Notes: a model not told the origin generated them from the letters alone. A DNA stretch of 64,000 bases from Robiginitomaculum sp. (GCA_002733805.1 NVXG01000033.1:3666-67665); one strand, 5' to 3'. Shown: positions 18,778-29,501, counted from the first letter of the stretch. Translations and numbers: made by a program.

Positions 18778-20042
18778 CCTACCTGAATGCTGAAACCGCC
18801 ATTATTGGTGGTAGTGTGTTTTTACTTTTGTTGTTTTCCGCCTTTTTCTCTGGATCAGAAACGGCGTTGACTGCGGCATCAAAGGCTAGGTTGCACCGCA
18901 TGGAGCAAGACGGGGTCAAAGGTGCGGCCCGGGTCAACCAATTGATTGCCGATCGGGAAAGCCTGCTCGGCGCCATATTGCTGGGCAATAATTTAGTCAA
19001 CATTACGGCTTCGGCACTGACCACGGCTTTGTTTGTAAAGCTGTTTGGTTCAGCTGGCATTGTGATTGCCACCATTTCAATGACCCTGTTGGTTTTGATC
19101 TTTGCCGAAGTGGCTCCCAAAACCTATGCCATCTCCAACCCGGACCGGGCGGCGATTTTTGTCTCTGGGCCGATCAAGCTGATCAAAATGCTGTTTGCGC
19201 CTTTTGTGATGACGGTCGAAGTAATCATCAAGGGCATGTTCAAATTGTTCGGAGTTAAAGCAGAAGGGCCGGTGCTTTCAGCCCATGATGAATTGCGCGG
19301 TGCGGTTGATTTTTTGTCCAAGCAGGGCGAAGTGATTAAGGATGATCGCGACATGCTGGGCGGGGTGCTCGATCTTCGCGATTTGAGCGTCGAAGAAATT
19401 ATGGTTCACCGCAAAAGCATCACCCTGATTGATGCGAACCAAAGCAGCAGCAAGGTGATCAGTCAGGTTCTGGATAGCCAATATACTCGATTGCCGCTTT
19501 ATAAGGGCCAGCAAGACAACATTACCGGCGTTTTGCATGTGCGCGATTTATTGGGTGCCTTGCATCGGGTGGGGGGGGATTATGATCAGATTGATATTGA
19601 TGATCTGGCCCGCAAACCTTGGTTCACCCCGGAAACGACTACGGTTCCCGAACAATTAAACGCCTTTCGTTCGCGCCGCGAGCATTTTGCCCTAGTGGTC
19701 GATGAATATGGTGCGCTGATGGGGTTGGTTACGCTGGAAGACATTATTGAAGAGATCGTCGGCGAGATTGAAGATGAATACGACACGCCAGTTGTTGGAT
19801 TGCGCCGGGTCAAATCCGGGGTTTTGGTTACCGGTGATGTCAGTATTCGGGACCTGAACCGCGCAATGGACTGGCACTTGCCCGATGAAGAAGCGGTGAC
19901 AGTGGCCGGCCTGATCATCCATGGCGCGCAAGCCATCCCTGAAATCGGTCAAATATTTTCGCTATACGGTTTTCGGTTCGAAGTGCTGGAGCGCAAAAGA
20001 AACCAGATCACCAAGGTCAAAGTGCGAAAACTGGGGAAATAA
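18774..20042 (+). CDS. HlyC/CorC (CNNM) family transporter: DUF21 + CBS pair + CorC_HlyC
   Basis: 422 aa. N-terminal TM region with SGSETAL, a CBS-pair region, and C-terminal FEVLERKRNQITKVKV. Confidence 0.85.
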   Translation: MTYLNAETAIIGGSVFLLLLFSAFFSGSETALTAASKARLHRMEQDGVKGAARVNQLIADRESLLGAILLGNNLVNITASALTTALFVKLFGSAGIVIATISMTLLVLIFAEVAPKTYAISNPDRAAIFVSGPIKLIKMLFAPFVMTVEVIIKGMFKLFGVKAEGPVLSAHDELRGAVDFLSKQGEVIKDDRDMLGGVLDLRDLSVEEIMVHRKSITLIDANQSSSKVISQVLDSQYTRLPLYKGQQDNITGVLHVRDLLGALHRVGGDYDQIDIDDLARKPWFTPETTTVPEQLNAFRSRREHFALVVDEYGALMGLVTLEDIIEEIVGEIEDEYDTPVVGLRRVKSGVLVTGDVSIRDLNRAMDWHLPDEEAVTVAGLIIHGAQAIPEIGQIFSLYGFRFEVLERKRNQITKVKVRKLGK

Positions 20043-20048
20043 AGTTTT

Positions 20049-20312
20049 CTAAACCCCGCTGGCCTTGATGGTTAGCGCGTGAACTGGCCCAGCCAGTTCA
20101 TCGGCCAAGACTTCATTGATCGCCCGGTGACGAGCTAGTGGCGATATTCCGGTAAAGGCTGCTGCCTTGATGGTCAGGGCAAAATGACTATTTCCGCCGG
20201 GTCGCGCACCCGCATGACCGGCATGCAGGTGAGATTGGTCAATCAGTTCTAGAAATTCTGGCGAGAACGCCGCTTGAAGTTTCTGGGTCATATTTTCTAT
20301 CATGGTATTCAT
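20049..20312 (-). CDS. BolA family protein
   Basis: 87 aa with DQSHLHAGHAG...HFALTIKAAAFTG...HRAINEVL, typical of BolA. Confidence 0.85.
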   Translation of the reverse strand: MNTMIENMTQKLQAAFSPEFLELIDQSHLHAGHAGARPGGNSHFALTIKAAAFTGISPLARHRAINEVLADELAGPVHALTIKASGV

Positions 20313-20365
20313 TTCTTGCCTTTCGGGATGGACGAAGCTCGCTGCTTTCCCATATAGGTAGGCTT

Positions 20366-20971
20366 ATGGCTGACGATTTCAAATATACACCGAAACTCTT
20401 TGACATTCGGGTTAAACCGCCGGGCAAGGAAAAGGCCGGATCGCAAGAGAAACGATGCGAATGGGATGGCTGTGTTGCCAAGGGAAATTGCAAAGCGCCG
20501 CAAAGCCCGGATACTTTAAACGAGTATTTTTATTTCTGCCAAAAACATACAGCCGAATACAACAAAGCTTGGAACTTCTTCCATGGCATGAGTGAAAGCG
20601 CGGCCCGCACCTACCAACAGGGTCAGGCCTACGGCAATCGACCGACTTGGGATATGCGCCGTTCTGCGCCGGGGCAGGGCAAGGGCGCAAAAGGCTGGCA
20701 GAACCGGTTTGCTGATCCGTTGGATCTGGCCGGAGACGCCAAATATCGCGAAGCTAAAGAACCGCAGCGCCGTTTGGGCCGATTGCAAGCCTTGGCGATG
20801 GATGATCTGGGGCTGGCCCATGACACCGAGGCAAAATATGTGCGGACTAGATATTTGAAATTAGTCAAAACCTTCCACCCGGATGCCAATAAAGGCGATC
20901 GTTCAACCGAGGGTCGGTTGCAGCAGGTTATTCGGGCCTATCAGATTTTGAAAACTGCCAAACTGGCTTGA
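20366..20971 (+). CDS. J-domain protein (DnaJ-like, conserved next to cobS in alphaproteobacteria)
   Basis: 201 aa. C-terminal J domain with YLKLVKTFHPDANKGDRSTE (HPD motif). N-terminal Cys cluster CEWDGC...FCQKH. Confidence 0.78.
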   Translation: MADDFKYTPKLFDIRVKPPGKEKAGSQEKRCEWDGCVAKGNCKAPQSPDTLNEYFYFCQKHTAEYNKAWNFFHGMSESAARTYQQGQAYGNRPTWDMRRSAPGQGKGAKGWQNRFADPLDLAGDAKYREAKEPQRRLGRLQALAMDDLGLAHDTEAKYVRTRYLKLVKTFHPDANKGDRSTEGRLQQVIRAYQILKTAKLA

Positions 20972-21026
20972 AGAATTGATGCACGCAGCCCATACAGAAC
21001 CCAGATAAAGAGAAAAGAGAAAAACA

Positions 21027-22019
21027 ATGGCCGATCATGATGCCGCGTTCCCGCTTTGGCAGCCTGACACTGAAATTTCTGTTGGTGAGACCTTTGGTTT
21101 TGAGTCTACGCAAATGGCTCCAGCGTTTTCAAAACCTTGTGAATATGTCCCGGAAATCGACGAGGCCTATCAGTTTGACCCAGCCACAACCAAGGCTATT
21201 TTAGCCGGGTTTACCCATAACCGCCGGGTCATGGTGCAAGGCTATCACGGCACCGGTAAATCAACCCATATCGAACAAGTAGCGGCGCGCCTCAATTGGC
21301 CAATGGTCCGGATCAACCTGGATGGCCATGTCAGCCGGATTGACCTGATTGGCAAGGATGCCATCGTCTTGAAAGATGGCAAGCAGATCACCGAATTTCG
21401 TGAAGGCCTGTTGCCATGGGCTTTGCAGCGGCCGGTTGCTCTGGTGTTTGATGAATACGATGCTGGTCGGCCCGACGTGATGTTTGTGATTCAGCGTATT
21501 TTGGAAAGTTCGGGTCGGTTGACCCTGCTCGACCAAAACCGGATTATCCGCCCGCACCCTAGTTTTCGGTTGTTTTCAACGACCAATACCATTGGTTTGG
21601 GCGATACGACCGGATTGTATCATGGTACCCAACAGATCAATCAAGGACAACTGGATCGCTGGTCGATGGTGGTGGCCTTAAATTATCTGGAACACGATGC
21701 TGAAGAAGCGATCATTTTAGCCAAAATGCCCAAATGGCAAACCGACAAGGGTCGCAAAACCATTTCGGCCATGGTTCGGGTGGCTGACATGACCCGCAAT
21801 GCTTTCATGAATGGTGATATTTCGACCGTGATGAGTCCGCGGACCGTTTTGACATGGGCTGAGAACACGGAAATATTTGAAGGCGATACCGGCGAGGGCT
21901 TTCGATTGACCTTCTTGAACAAATGCGACGAGCTTGAGCGACCGGTTATTGCCGAGTTTTATCAGCGGGCCTTTGCAGAGGACCTGCCTGAAAGCGCAGC
22001 GCGCATTGCGGTGGCGTAA
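21027..22019 (+). CDS. cobS: aerobic cobaltochelatase subunit CobS (MoxR-like AAA+)
   Basis: 330 aa. Walker [22 protein letters not shown] and Walker [10 protein letters not shown]. Paired with the cobT-like gene downstream. Confidence 0.9.
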   Translation: MADHDAAFPLWQPDTEISVGETFGFESTQMAPAFSKPCEYVPEIDEAYQFDPATTKAILAGFTHNRRVMVQGYHGTGKSTHIEQVAARLNWPMVRINLDGHVSRIDLIGKDAIVLKDGKQITEFREGLLPWALQRPVALVFDEYDAGRPDVMFVIQRILESSGRLTLLDQNRIIRPHPSFRLFSTTNTIGLGDTTGLYHGTQQINQGQLDRWSMVVALNYLEHDAEEAIILAKMPKWQTDKGRKTISAMVRVADMTRNAFMNGDISTVMSPRTVLTWAENTEIFEGDTGEGFRLTFLNKCDELERPVIAEFYQRAFAEDLPESAARIAVA

Positions 22020-22076
22020 TGAGCACGCCGATCCTGCCGGAATACGAAATTATTCGCTTGGCTGAGGCGATCCAAA

Positions 22077-23918
22077 ATGACTGACCGCGAAACCCCGGTT
22101 GAAACTTTGAAACGGGCCATTGGCGTCACCACGCGCGCTTTGTCCGGCCAAACCGAATTGGAAGTTCAGTTCGGCGGGGATATTGCGGCAATTGCCGATG
22201 AGCGGATTAATCTGCCTTTACCACCTGCTGCGCTGGATATGACCAACATTCCCATTTTGCGGGGTAAGGCAGACGCATTGGCCTTGCGGCTGGCCCATCA
22301 TGACCCGGCGGTTCATGCGGCGGCTCGTCCCGGCCCTGGCCCGGCGCGTGCGGTGTTTGATGCGCTGGAGCAAACCCGATGCGAAGCACTCGGTGATCGC
22401 GCCTTGAAAGGGGCTGGTGGTAATATGCACGCCGCTCTGGTCGATCGGTGTTCGACCAAGGGCTATGCCACGGTTACCGAGCGCGATGAAGCACCATTGT
22501 CGGATGCGATTGCCCTGTTGGCTCGCCAACGCATGACTGACCGTGAACCACCAGCAGAAGCCGATGGTTTGCTGTCGCTGTGGCGTAGTGAGATCGAAGC
22601 CAAAGCTGGCCCGGCGCTCGATGCGCTGGATGGGGGGCTGATTGACCAAGCCGCCTTTGCTGATCTGGTGCGAGACCTGTTGCGCGATATGGAACTGATT
22701 GACGAACTGGGTAGCGAAAGCGAGCAATCGGAAGATGAAGCCGATGCGGACTCCGAGGATAGCAATCCCAGCGCGCAGGATCAGGAGCAAAGCGAAGACG
22801 AAGACCAGCAAGAAAGCGAAGGCAGTTCTGATACCGGCGAGGCCGATGAGAGCGAACAACAAAGCGACCTGCTGGATGATGAGAGCGATGTCGGCGAAGC
22901 GCAGGACAGTCAGGGCGAAGAAGTGCCGATCCGTCCAAATTTCCGACCGATGGGCGACGGCAGGTCAAACTACCGGGTGTATACTCAGGCCCATGATGAG
23001 ATTGTACGAGCCGAAGACTTGTGCGACCCGGAAGAGCTGGCCCGCTTACGGAAATATCTGGACCGACAATTGGAGCGCTTGAAAGGTGCGGTGGCCTGTT
23101 TGGCCAATCGTCTGCAACGACAATTGATGGCGCAGCAGCAACGATCGTGGACCTTTGATCTAGAAGAAGGCGTGCTGGATACGGCCCGCCTGACCCGGGT
23201 GGTCACCGACCCGATGCAGCCGTTAAGTTTTAAGGAAGAAACCGAAACCGAGTTTCGCGATACGGTGGTCACCTTATTGCTGGATAATTCCGGTTCCATG
23301 CGCGGTCGCCCGATTATGATTGCCGCACTGACCGCTGATATTCTGGCTCGTACGCTGGAGCGCTGCGGAGTCAAAGTGGAAATTTTAGGCTTTACCACTC
23401 GCGCGTGGAAAGGCGGCCTATCACGGGACGACTGGATCGAAGCTGGCAAGCCGCGCGATCCAGGTCGGCTGAATGATTTGCGCCATATCATCTACAAGGC
23501 AGCCGATGCGCCGACCCGTCGGACCCACAACAATCTGGGCCTGATGATGCGCGAGGGTTTGCTGAAGGAAAATATCGATGGTGAGGCGCTGTTGTGGGCT
23601 CATGATCGGTTGTTGGGTCGGCCCGAAGCCCGGCGTATTTTGATGGTGATCTCCGATGGGGCACCGGTGGATGACACCACGCAGTCGCATAACAAAAGTG
23701 GCTATCTGGAAAACCATTTGCGCGAGGTGATCGCCCATATCGAAGGGCGTTCCAACGTACAATTGCTGGCCATTGGTATTGGTCATGATGTAACCCGTTG
23801 GTACAAACGGGCCGTAACCATTACTGACGCCGAACAATTGGGCGGCGCGATCACCGACCAATTGGCCGAGCTGTTTAGCCAACAAGATAAGCGCCGCGCC
23901 CGTCGCCGCGCCGGGTAA
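22077..23918 (+). CDS. cobT: aerobic cobaltochelatase subunit CobT
   Basis: 613 aa. Central poly-acidic linker ([12 protein letters not shown]...) and C-terminal v[18 protein letters not shown]. Confidence 0.9.
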   Translation: MTDRETPVETLKRAIGVTTRALSGQTELEVQFGGDIAAIADERINLPLPPAALDMTNIPILRGKADALALRLAHHDPAVHAAARPGPGPARAVFDALEQTRCEALGDRALKGAGGNMHAALVDRCSTKGYATVTERDEAPLSDAIALLARQRMTDREPPAEADGLLSLWRSEIEAKAGPALDALDGGLIDQAAFADLVRDLLRDMELIDELGSESEQSEDEADADSEDSNPSAQDQEQSEDEDQQESEGSSDTGEADESEQQSDLLDDESDVGEAQDSQGEEVPIRPNFRPMGDGRSNYRVYTQAHDEIVRAEDLCDPEELARLRKYLDRQLERLKGAVACLANRLQRQLMAQQQRSWTFDLEEGVLDTARLTRVVTDPMQPLSFKEETETEFRDTVVTLLLDNSGSMRGRPIMIAALTADILARTLERCGVKVEILGFTTRAWKGGLSRDDWIEAGKPRDPGRLNDLRHIIYKAADAPTRRTHNNLGLMMREGLLKENIDGEALLWAHDRLLGRPEARRILMVISDGAPVDDTTQSHNKSGYLENHLREVIAHIEGRSNVQLLAIGIGHDVTRWYKRAVTITDAEQLGGAITDQLAELFSQQDKRRARRRAG

Positions 23919-24216
23919 AATCCCTGTTTTCGAGGGCAATTAAAAAAATATCCAGCAAGGATTTGGTTCAGGCCGGGGATAGATGGCCAAGGGTTGGATC
24001 GTGTTGTCGGTACAACACCAATCACCAACCGATTGATGTGACAATCCTTTTCCGTATAACACCAATTATACGTGGGTTTGTTCAAGGTTTACGATGTCAA
24101 AGAGCTGTCAACCAATCCGCAAGGCTCGGTTTACTCGATCATTGTAACATTGGCCCGATAGGCGAGCACAACCCGGCTGCTGTTTGGGCCGCGTGTGTGC
24201 GGCAAAGGTAAATTGA

Positions 24217-24234
24217 TTGTCATTTATTTGTGTT
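24217..24234 (+). promoter_or_regulatory. Pho-box-like direct repeat (TTGTCAT-TTAT-TTGTGTT), tentative
   Basis: 10/14 match to CTGTCAT-N4-CTGTCAT. A second TGTCAT core lies at 24262-24267, with inverted ATGACA / GTGACAAT copies at 24281-24300. It lies ~100 bp upstream of a phytase-like gene. Confidence 0.2.
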
Positions 24235-24331
24235 TGCATTGTGCGCCAATCGGCATTTATGTGTCATTTGACTAGTGTCGATGACACTTGGCGTGACAAT
24301 CAACTTTGCGCGCCTTTGAAAAGGATTTTTC

Positions 24332-25402
24332 ATGCAACAGATGCGTTTTTGGTTTGTGAGCCTTTTGGCCGGGTTGGGTTTCTGTGGACCTGTTCTGGCA
24401 ATGGATTGCCCGTCTGCTTCTTTTTACGAAGGATTGGACAACATAGAAATCACCGCCGAACCGATGCAACCTCATAAGGACGGGTTTGGCTCCCTGCAAT
24501 TTCGTAGCTTGTTGATGCTCAGCTCCGAGAAAGAACGCTTTGGCGGTATATCGGCCATTGATGTTTTTTGTGATGATCAGTTTGTCGCCGTTACCGATCA
24601 TGGAAATCTGTTGTTTCTGGATTTTGACGAAGATGAGAGCGGGCAGATGAGCCTTGCCCCAATTGTACGAATGACCCCGTTACATGATGCCAATGGTACG
24701 GTCATTGCCCGCAAGAATGGCGGCCGCAAATCTGATGCGGAAAGCATTGATTGGAACGGTAAAAACCTGTTGGTTGGTTTTGAACAACATCACCGAATTT
24801 TGTGTTTTGATCTATCGAAACACGCAGCAAATGTGCGTGGTCACTTGGTATTCAAAGACCCGTTGGGGGACGGGGTCCGTAATGATGGCATGGAAGCCCT
24901 GACCCGTACGACTTCCAGCAAGATCGTGGTCGGGTTGGAGCGAAATGAAGATGGGTTTGCACCTTTGGCCATCGGCAAAACCCGACATGACCTAGATTTT
25001 GCCGATCACCAATTGCCGTTGAGAGGGCACACGCGCACGACTGGGTTTGACATTTTGCCAGCCAATGACAACCACCCGCAAATTCTGTTTTCGGTACATC
25101 GGGATTGGGATCATGAAGTGTCCAAAAAGAACACCATTCGCATTGCCCGGACCGAATTGCTGACTGGCCCGGACGGTGCGGTTACGTTGGGTGAAACGGT
25201 TTTTCTGGCAGAATTTCACCAAGCAGCCCAAGACAAGGTCAGCACCAATATCGAAGGCATTGCCGCCCGACAGTTGGAAAATGGTGATGTTCGTCTGGTG
25301 CTGGTTACCGACAATAATTTTAGCCGGAACGGCAGTCAGGCGACCCTCCTGCTCAGCCTTGATGTTCCGGCTGATTTGTTGGTTGCTGCCCCGGCAGAAT
25401 AG
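24332..25402 (+). CDS. secreted esterase-like activity of phytase (PF13449-like) family protein
   Basis: 356 aa with signal peptide MQQMRFWFVSLLAGLGFCGPVLA. Motifs ERFGGISAID...VTDHGN, DAESIDW, NDGMEALT and NIEGIA...LVTDNNFS resemble the phytase-like beta-propeller family. Confidence 0.6.
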   Translation: MQQMRFWFVSLLAGLGFCGPVLAMDCPSASFYEGLDNIEITAEPMQPHKDGFGSLQFRSLLMLSSEKERFGGISAIDVFCDDQFVAVTDHGNLLFLDFDEDESGQMSLAPIVRMTPLHDANGTVIARKNGGRKSDAESIDWNGKNLLVGFEQHHRILCFDLSKHAANVRGHLVFKDPLGDGVRNDGMEALTRTTSSKIVVGLERNEDGFAPLAIGKTRHDLDFADHQLPLRGHTRTTGFDILPANDNHPQILFSVHRDWDHEVSKKNTIRIARTELLTGPDGAVTLGETVFLAEFHQAAQDKVSTNIEGIAARQLENGDVRLVLVTDNNFSRNGSQATLLLSLDVPADLLVAAPAE

Positions 25403-25405
25403 CGC

Positions 25406-26029
25406 CTACAGTTTCGGCACAAACTCTGGTTGATACCCTTGCGCCAACATCCGCACGACCGGTTCCGGGGTCAACACATTGACCATTGTGCCCGGCAGTG
25501 GGTCCACCGGCTGCAATCCACTAAACGACCATGCCAATAGGGTTTGCTGCCACCATAAATAAATTTGCGGCTCACCCGGCGGGGTCAAGAATACGCCGCT
25601 TGGCAAGGTCATCAGTTCGGCAGAAACTACCCGTTTGTTGCGGGTGGCTGGATCAAGTCGGGCCGCGTGGAGGATAGCATCCATTTGTGTGGCTTTGGGC
25701 TTGGGGCCTGTTTCAGGCCACGCGGAACCAAAGGCTTGCTGAAACGCCAAATAGGCTGCCCGGCGACAGGTGTGGCAGGGTCGATGCCCGGCGGAGAGCG
25801 CCACCAGATCATCAGCAAAAAACAATTGCGTCCAACGGCCCGGCGGGTTGATCGGCCGGGTCCAGCCCTTGAATTCCGGCAGGCAGCAAATCCATGCCTT
25901 GTGGGTCCAGCGCCGCCCGGTCATCTGGCCATCTGGTCCGTGCAGACAACCCCGATTGCCGGTCAGGCGACCCCGGATCGGGTCAACAATAATGTCACCA
26001 TTAGGCGAAACACGGTTTTGACGCGGCAT
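25406..26029 (-). CDS. conserved hypothetical protein, Cys/His/Trp-rich (207 aa)
   Basis: ATG start 9 nt after the protease stop. High GC like the host. Motifs NRGCLHG, WICCLPEFKGW and LFFADDLVALSAGHRPCHTCRR. I cannot name a family. Confidence 0.6.
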   Translation of the reverse strand: MPRQNRVSPNGDIIVDPIRGRLTGNRGCLHGPDGQMTGRRWTHKAWICCLPEFKGWTRPINPPGRWTQLFFADDLVALSAGHRPCHTCRRAAYLAFQQAFGSAWPETGPKPKATQMDAILHAARLDPATRNKRVVSAELMTLPSGVFLTPPGEPQIYLWWQQTLLAWSFSGLQPVDPLPGTMVNVLTPEPVVRMLAQGYQPEFVPKL

Positions 26030-26038
26030 TGATGGTAC

Positions 26039-26899
26039 CTATGAATGTGTTTGTTGTTTGTTTGCTGCCAAAAGTGATTTGAAGATTTCTTCAAATTCAA
26101 AAACTCGTTCTGCATTAATACAATACCCGAGATTTATCATTACGTTAGAAACGGAAATCAAATTGTTAGTGGTGGGAATCGGAGCCACTTTGATTTCCCC
26201 TTCAATGCTTTGTATTGGGCCAGCATACAAAACTCCAAAGAAAATCAATCTGTCTCCGCCAATATGTAATCCACCATTGTTGTCCATATATCCACCAGAA
26301 TTGACGAGAAAAACCGGTGAACCGCTGGAGCCTGGAAAGCAAGCCATATCAATGACGAATTCTTTTTTACCTTCATAATAGATATAAACTGGAGTTGCCG
26401 TAATTCCCTTGCGAAATATCGGACGATTATTCGCTGAATCCCAAAGCCCATTGGGGTATCCTATCATAATCACTTCTTCCAACGCGGCTAAGGTTTTTAA
26501 TTTATCTACTGACCACACTAGATTTTTGTCCAGTGGGGCGTAGTGAGGTTTAATTCCTAGCTTTTGAAATTGGGCCCATGCGTTAGCTAAGGGCAATGCA
26601 GCAAGGTCTACAGAGGAATCTGGGTGTAAAATCCAGTCACTTTCTGAAAAGCAAACCGTTTGGTGGTGACCAACTTCAGTTTGGCCCTTTTTAACGGATG
26701 TAGATACAGTGAGACGGCCAGAAGTTATGTGTTCTATTACATGCTTATTGGTTACAACCACAGGTATATGTACTTTACTGTCTTCAAGCAGATGAACGAA
26801 AAAGCCTGTTCCTGAAGACTTGTTGCCATCTAAACCTACACATTCAATTCTTGTCGTACAAAGCGAAAGAGATTCAAAGACATTAACGTTCATTGGCAT
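26039..26899 (-). CDS. cytoplasmic trypsin-fold (S1, Trypsin_2-like) serine protease
   Basis: Triad contexts are VVTNKHVIEH (His), SSVDLAALPL (Asp) and FPGSSGSPVF (Ser). No signal peptide. ATG 26899 is preceded by AAGGTAG; the track start 26905 is GTG. The gene is strikingly AT-rich. Confidence 0.78.
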   Translation of the reverse strand: MPMNVNVFESLSLCTTRIECVGLDGNKSSGTGFFVHLLEDSKVHIPVVVTNKHVIEHITSGRLTVSTSVKKGQTEVGHHQTVCFSESDWILHPDSSVDLAALPLANAWAQFQKLGIKPHYAPLDKNLVWSVDKLKTLAALEEVIMIGYPNGLWDSANNRPIFRKGITATPVYIYYEGKKEFVIDMACFPGSSGSPVFLVNSGGYMDNNGGLHIGGDRLIFFGVLYAGPIQSIEGEIKVAPIPTTNNLISVSNVMINLGYCINAERVFEFEEIFKSLLAANKQQTHS

Positions 26900-26909
26900 A
26901 CCCACTACC

Positions 26910-28847
26910 TTACCGATTTTTGCGGTTTTCGATCAAATGATCGACCACGGACGGGTCGGCCAGAGTTGAAGTGTCGCCCAGATCACCAAAATCATTTTCT
27001 GCGATTTTACGCAAAATCCGCCGCATGATTTTGGCGGATCTGGTTTTGGGTAGATCCGGGGCGATCTGGATCAGGTCCGGGCTGGCGATCGGACCAATTT
27101 CGGTTCGAACGTGTTTGCGCAATTCGGCGATCAACTCATCGCTCTCTGTCGCGCCCTGCATCAGGCTGACATAGGCGTAGATGCCTTGCCCCTTGATAGC
27201 GTGCGGATAGCCAACCACGGCGGCCTCGGACACTGCCGGGTGTGAAACCAAGGCGCTTTCCACCTCGGCCGTGCCCATACGGTGCCCCGAGACGTTCAAC
27301 ACATCATCGACCCGACCGGTGATCCAGTAATCACCATCCGCATCGCGGCGGCAGCCATCCCCGGTAAAATACAAGCCCGGATAGGTTACAAAATAAGTGT
27401 CTACAAAACGCTGGTGATCGCCATAGACCGAGCGCATCTGTCCGGGCCACGAGGAGCGGATACATAAATTCCCGGAAGCCTCGCCAAATAATTCCTTGCC
27501 ATCAGCATCAACTAATAGCGGATCAATCCCAAAAAATGGTTTGGTGGCGGAACCCGGTTTCAAGTCAGTGGCTCCGGGCAGAGGGCTGATCATGATGCCG
27601 CCGGTTTCAGTTTGCCACCAAGTGTCTACGATCGGGCAATTGGTTTCGCCGACCACGTTGTAATACCATTCCCAGGCTTCGGGATTGATCGGCTCGCCCA
27701 CACTGCCCAGTAATCTCAGCGAAGAACGATCGGTTTTGGTGACGAAGCTGTCACCGGCTCCCATTAACGCGCGAATCGCGGTGGGTGCAGTGTAAAAAAT
27801 ACTGACTTGATGCTTGTCACAAACCTGCCAAAACCGCGAGGCATCGGGGTAGGTCGGGATGCCTTCAAACATCAAAGTGGTGGCCCCGTTGGCCAGCGGG
27901 CCATAGACGATATAACTGTGCCCAGTCACCCAGCCGACATCGGCGGTACACCAGTAAATATCATCGGGCCGACAATCGAACACATATTGATGGGTCATCG
28001 CCGCATAGACCAGATAACCACCACTGGTATGCAACACGCCTTTGGGAGTGCCGGTGGAACCAGAAGTATAGAGGATAAACAGCGGATCTTCAGCGCCCAT
28101 CGGTTCGGCTGGGCAGTCGGTGGACATTTCGGCAGCCAGTTCTTCATAAACCACGTCGCGCCCGGCCATCATGTCGGTCTGGCAGCCGGTTCGGGTGATG
28201 ACCAGAACGGTTTTGACATCGGGGCATTTTTTCAAAGCCAGATCGACATTGGCTTTGAGCGGGACGGTTTTTCCGCCACGCAGGCCTTCGTCGGCTGTGA
28301 TGACGCAGGTCGAAGCGCAATCCCGGATGCGTCCGCCCAAGGCTTCCGGTGAAAACCCGCCAAACACCACGGAATGCACCGCACCGATTCGGGCGCAAGC
28401 CAACATGGCAAAGGCAGCTTCGGGGACCATTGGCATATAGAGCGTTACCCGGTCGCCCTTTTTAACACCGCGCTGCTTTAACACATTGGAAAAACGACAA
28501 ACTTCTTCGTACAATTGCCGATACGTGATGGTTTTGCTGACTTCTGGGTCGTCGCCTTCCCAGATGATTGCGGTCTCGTCGCCCCGGCTTTCCAGATGGC
28601 GATCAATGCAATTATAGGCCACGTTCAACCTACCATCTTCATACCATTTGACGTGCAAATCGTCCTTGTCCCACGAACAATCTTTGACCTTGCTATAAGG
28701 CTTGAACCAATCGAGCCGCATCCCGGCCTGCGCCCAGAAACTTTCCGGGTTGTCAATACTGGCTTGATACAGCCGTTGGTATTCTGCCTTGTCCGCATAG
28801 GCATTGGCTGCCCAGAGGGCCGGAACTGGGTGGGTTTTGGGGGTCAT
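26910..28847 (-). CDS. acs: acetyl-CoA synthetase
   Basis: AMP-binding motif [19 protein letters not shown] and the C-terminal [11 protein letters not shown] lysine motif. Start set to the in-frame ATG at track codon 22 ([17 protein letters not shown]); the track start is TTG. Confidence 0.95.
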   Translation of the reverse strand: MTPKTHPVPALWAANAYADKAEYQRLYQASIDNPESFWAQAGMRLDWFKPYSKVKDCSWDKDDLHVKWYEDGRLNVAYNCIDRHLESRGDETAIIWEGDDPEVSKTITYRQLYEEVCRFSNVLKQRGVKKGDRVTLYMPMVPEAAFAMLACARIGAVHSVVFGGFSPEALGGRIRDCASTCVITADEGLRGGKTVPLKANVDLALKKCPDVKTVLVITRTGCQTDMMAGRDVVYEELAAEMSTDCPAEPMGAEDPLFILYTSGSTGTPKGVLHTSGGYLVYAAMTHQYVFDCRPDDIYWCTADVGWVTGHSYIVYGPLANGATTLMFEGIPTYPDASRFWQVCDKHQVSIFYTAPTAIRALMGAGDSFVTKTDRSSLRLLGSVGEPINPEAWEWYYNVVGETNCPIVDTWWQTETGGIMISPLPGATDLKPGSATKPFFGIDPLLVDADGKELFGEASGNLCIRSSWPGQMRSVYGDHQRFVDTYFVTYPGLYFTGDGCRRDADGDYWITGRVDDVLNVSGHRMGTAEVESALVSHPAVSEAAVVGYPHAIKGQGIYAYVSLMQGATESDELIAELRKHVRTEIGPIASPDLIQIAPDLPKTRSAKIMRRILRKIAENDFGDLGDTSTLADPSVVDHLIENRKNR

Positions 28848-28955
28848 GAGTTTTGCAAAGCTCCGCGAGTTGGGACGAGGTTTGTCCCTACCATGATTTT
28901 CTTTGCGCAATCAGGCAAGCCCCCGTAAGGTCACAGGCCGGATTTGGAGGAATAA

Positions 28956-29501
28956 ATGGCTGCATTTTTGTCGGTATTGGGTACCATCGGTGTTATTGCT
29001 ATGGTGCTGTGGCGGGTATTGCGCGCGCTGCATATGGCCAGCGATCTGGCCAAAACCGCCCATACGGTCGCAAAAGTCAGCCGCCAAATGAAGCCAAAAC
29101 CCAAAATGCCGGCGCAAAGCCCTGCACAAATCAATAACCCGCAAGAAGCCGCTGCTCTGCTGATGCTGCTGGTGGCGCGGGCGGGGAATGTGAGCAAAAA
29201 AACCATTACCAGAGCGCAAACCGACAGCATTTTGAACCAAATCAGTCAGCATTTTGAGTTTGATCAGGCCATGGCCGAAAGCCTGTTGATCCATGTCGCC
29301 GGGTTGGGAGATCAATTAAACAGCGCCGCAAAAGTTGACGCAGCCATGCAAAGTTCAAGTCACTTGATCGGCAGCGCGGTCAGCCCAAAAGAGCTAATCG
29401 AACTGGAAGATATGCTGATGCAGGTCGCCCATGCAAAAGGCAATCCAAATGCCGCTCAAAAAGAGTTACTCAACCAGTTTGCTTTGCGAGTCGGGATATG
29501 A
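28956..29501 (+). CDS. membrane-anchored hypothetical protein (possible TerB/DjlA-N-like helical domain)
   Basis: 181 aa. N-terminal TM MAAFLSVLGTIGVIAMVLW followed by a helical domain. 4-nt overlap with the downstream Kelch gene. Family call is weak. Confidence 0.45.
   Translation: MAAFLSVLGTIGVIAMVLWRVLRALHMASDLAKTAHTVAKVSRQMKPKPKMPAQSPAQINNPQEAAALLMLLVARAGNVSKKTITRAQTDSILNQISQHFEFDQAMAESLLIHVAGLGDQLNSAAKVDAAMQSSSHLIGSAVSPKELIELEDMLMQVAHAKGNPNAAQKELLNQFALRVGI

Noticed and set aside
22207-22968. Several 100-214-aa antisense and alternative-frame ORFs inside cobT
   Set aside because: They are shadow ORFs over the GA-rich acidic-linker region and give low-complexity Ser/Ala/Arg-rich products. 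The plus-frame CobT has clear vWA/MIDAS and family motifs.
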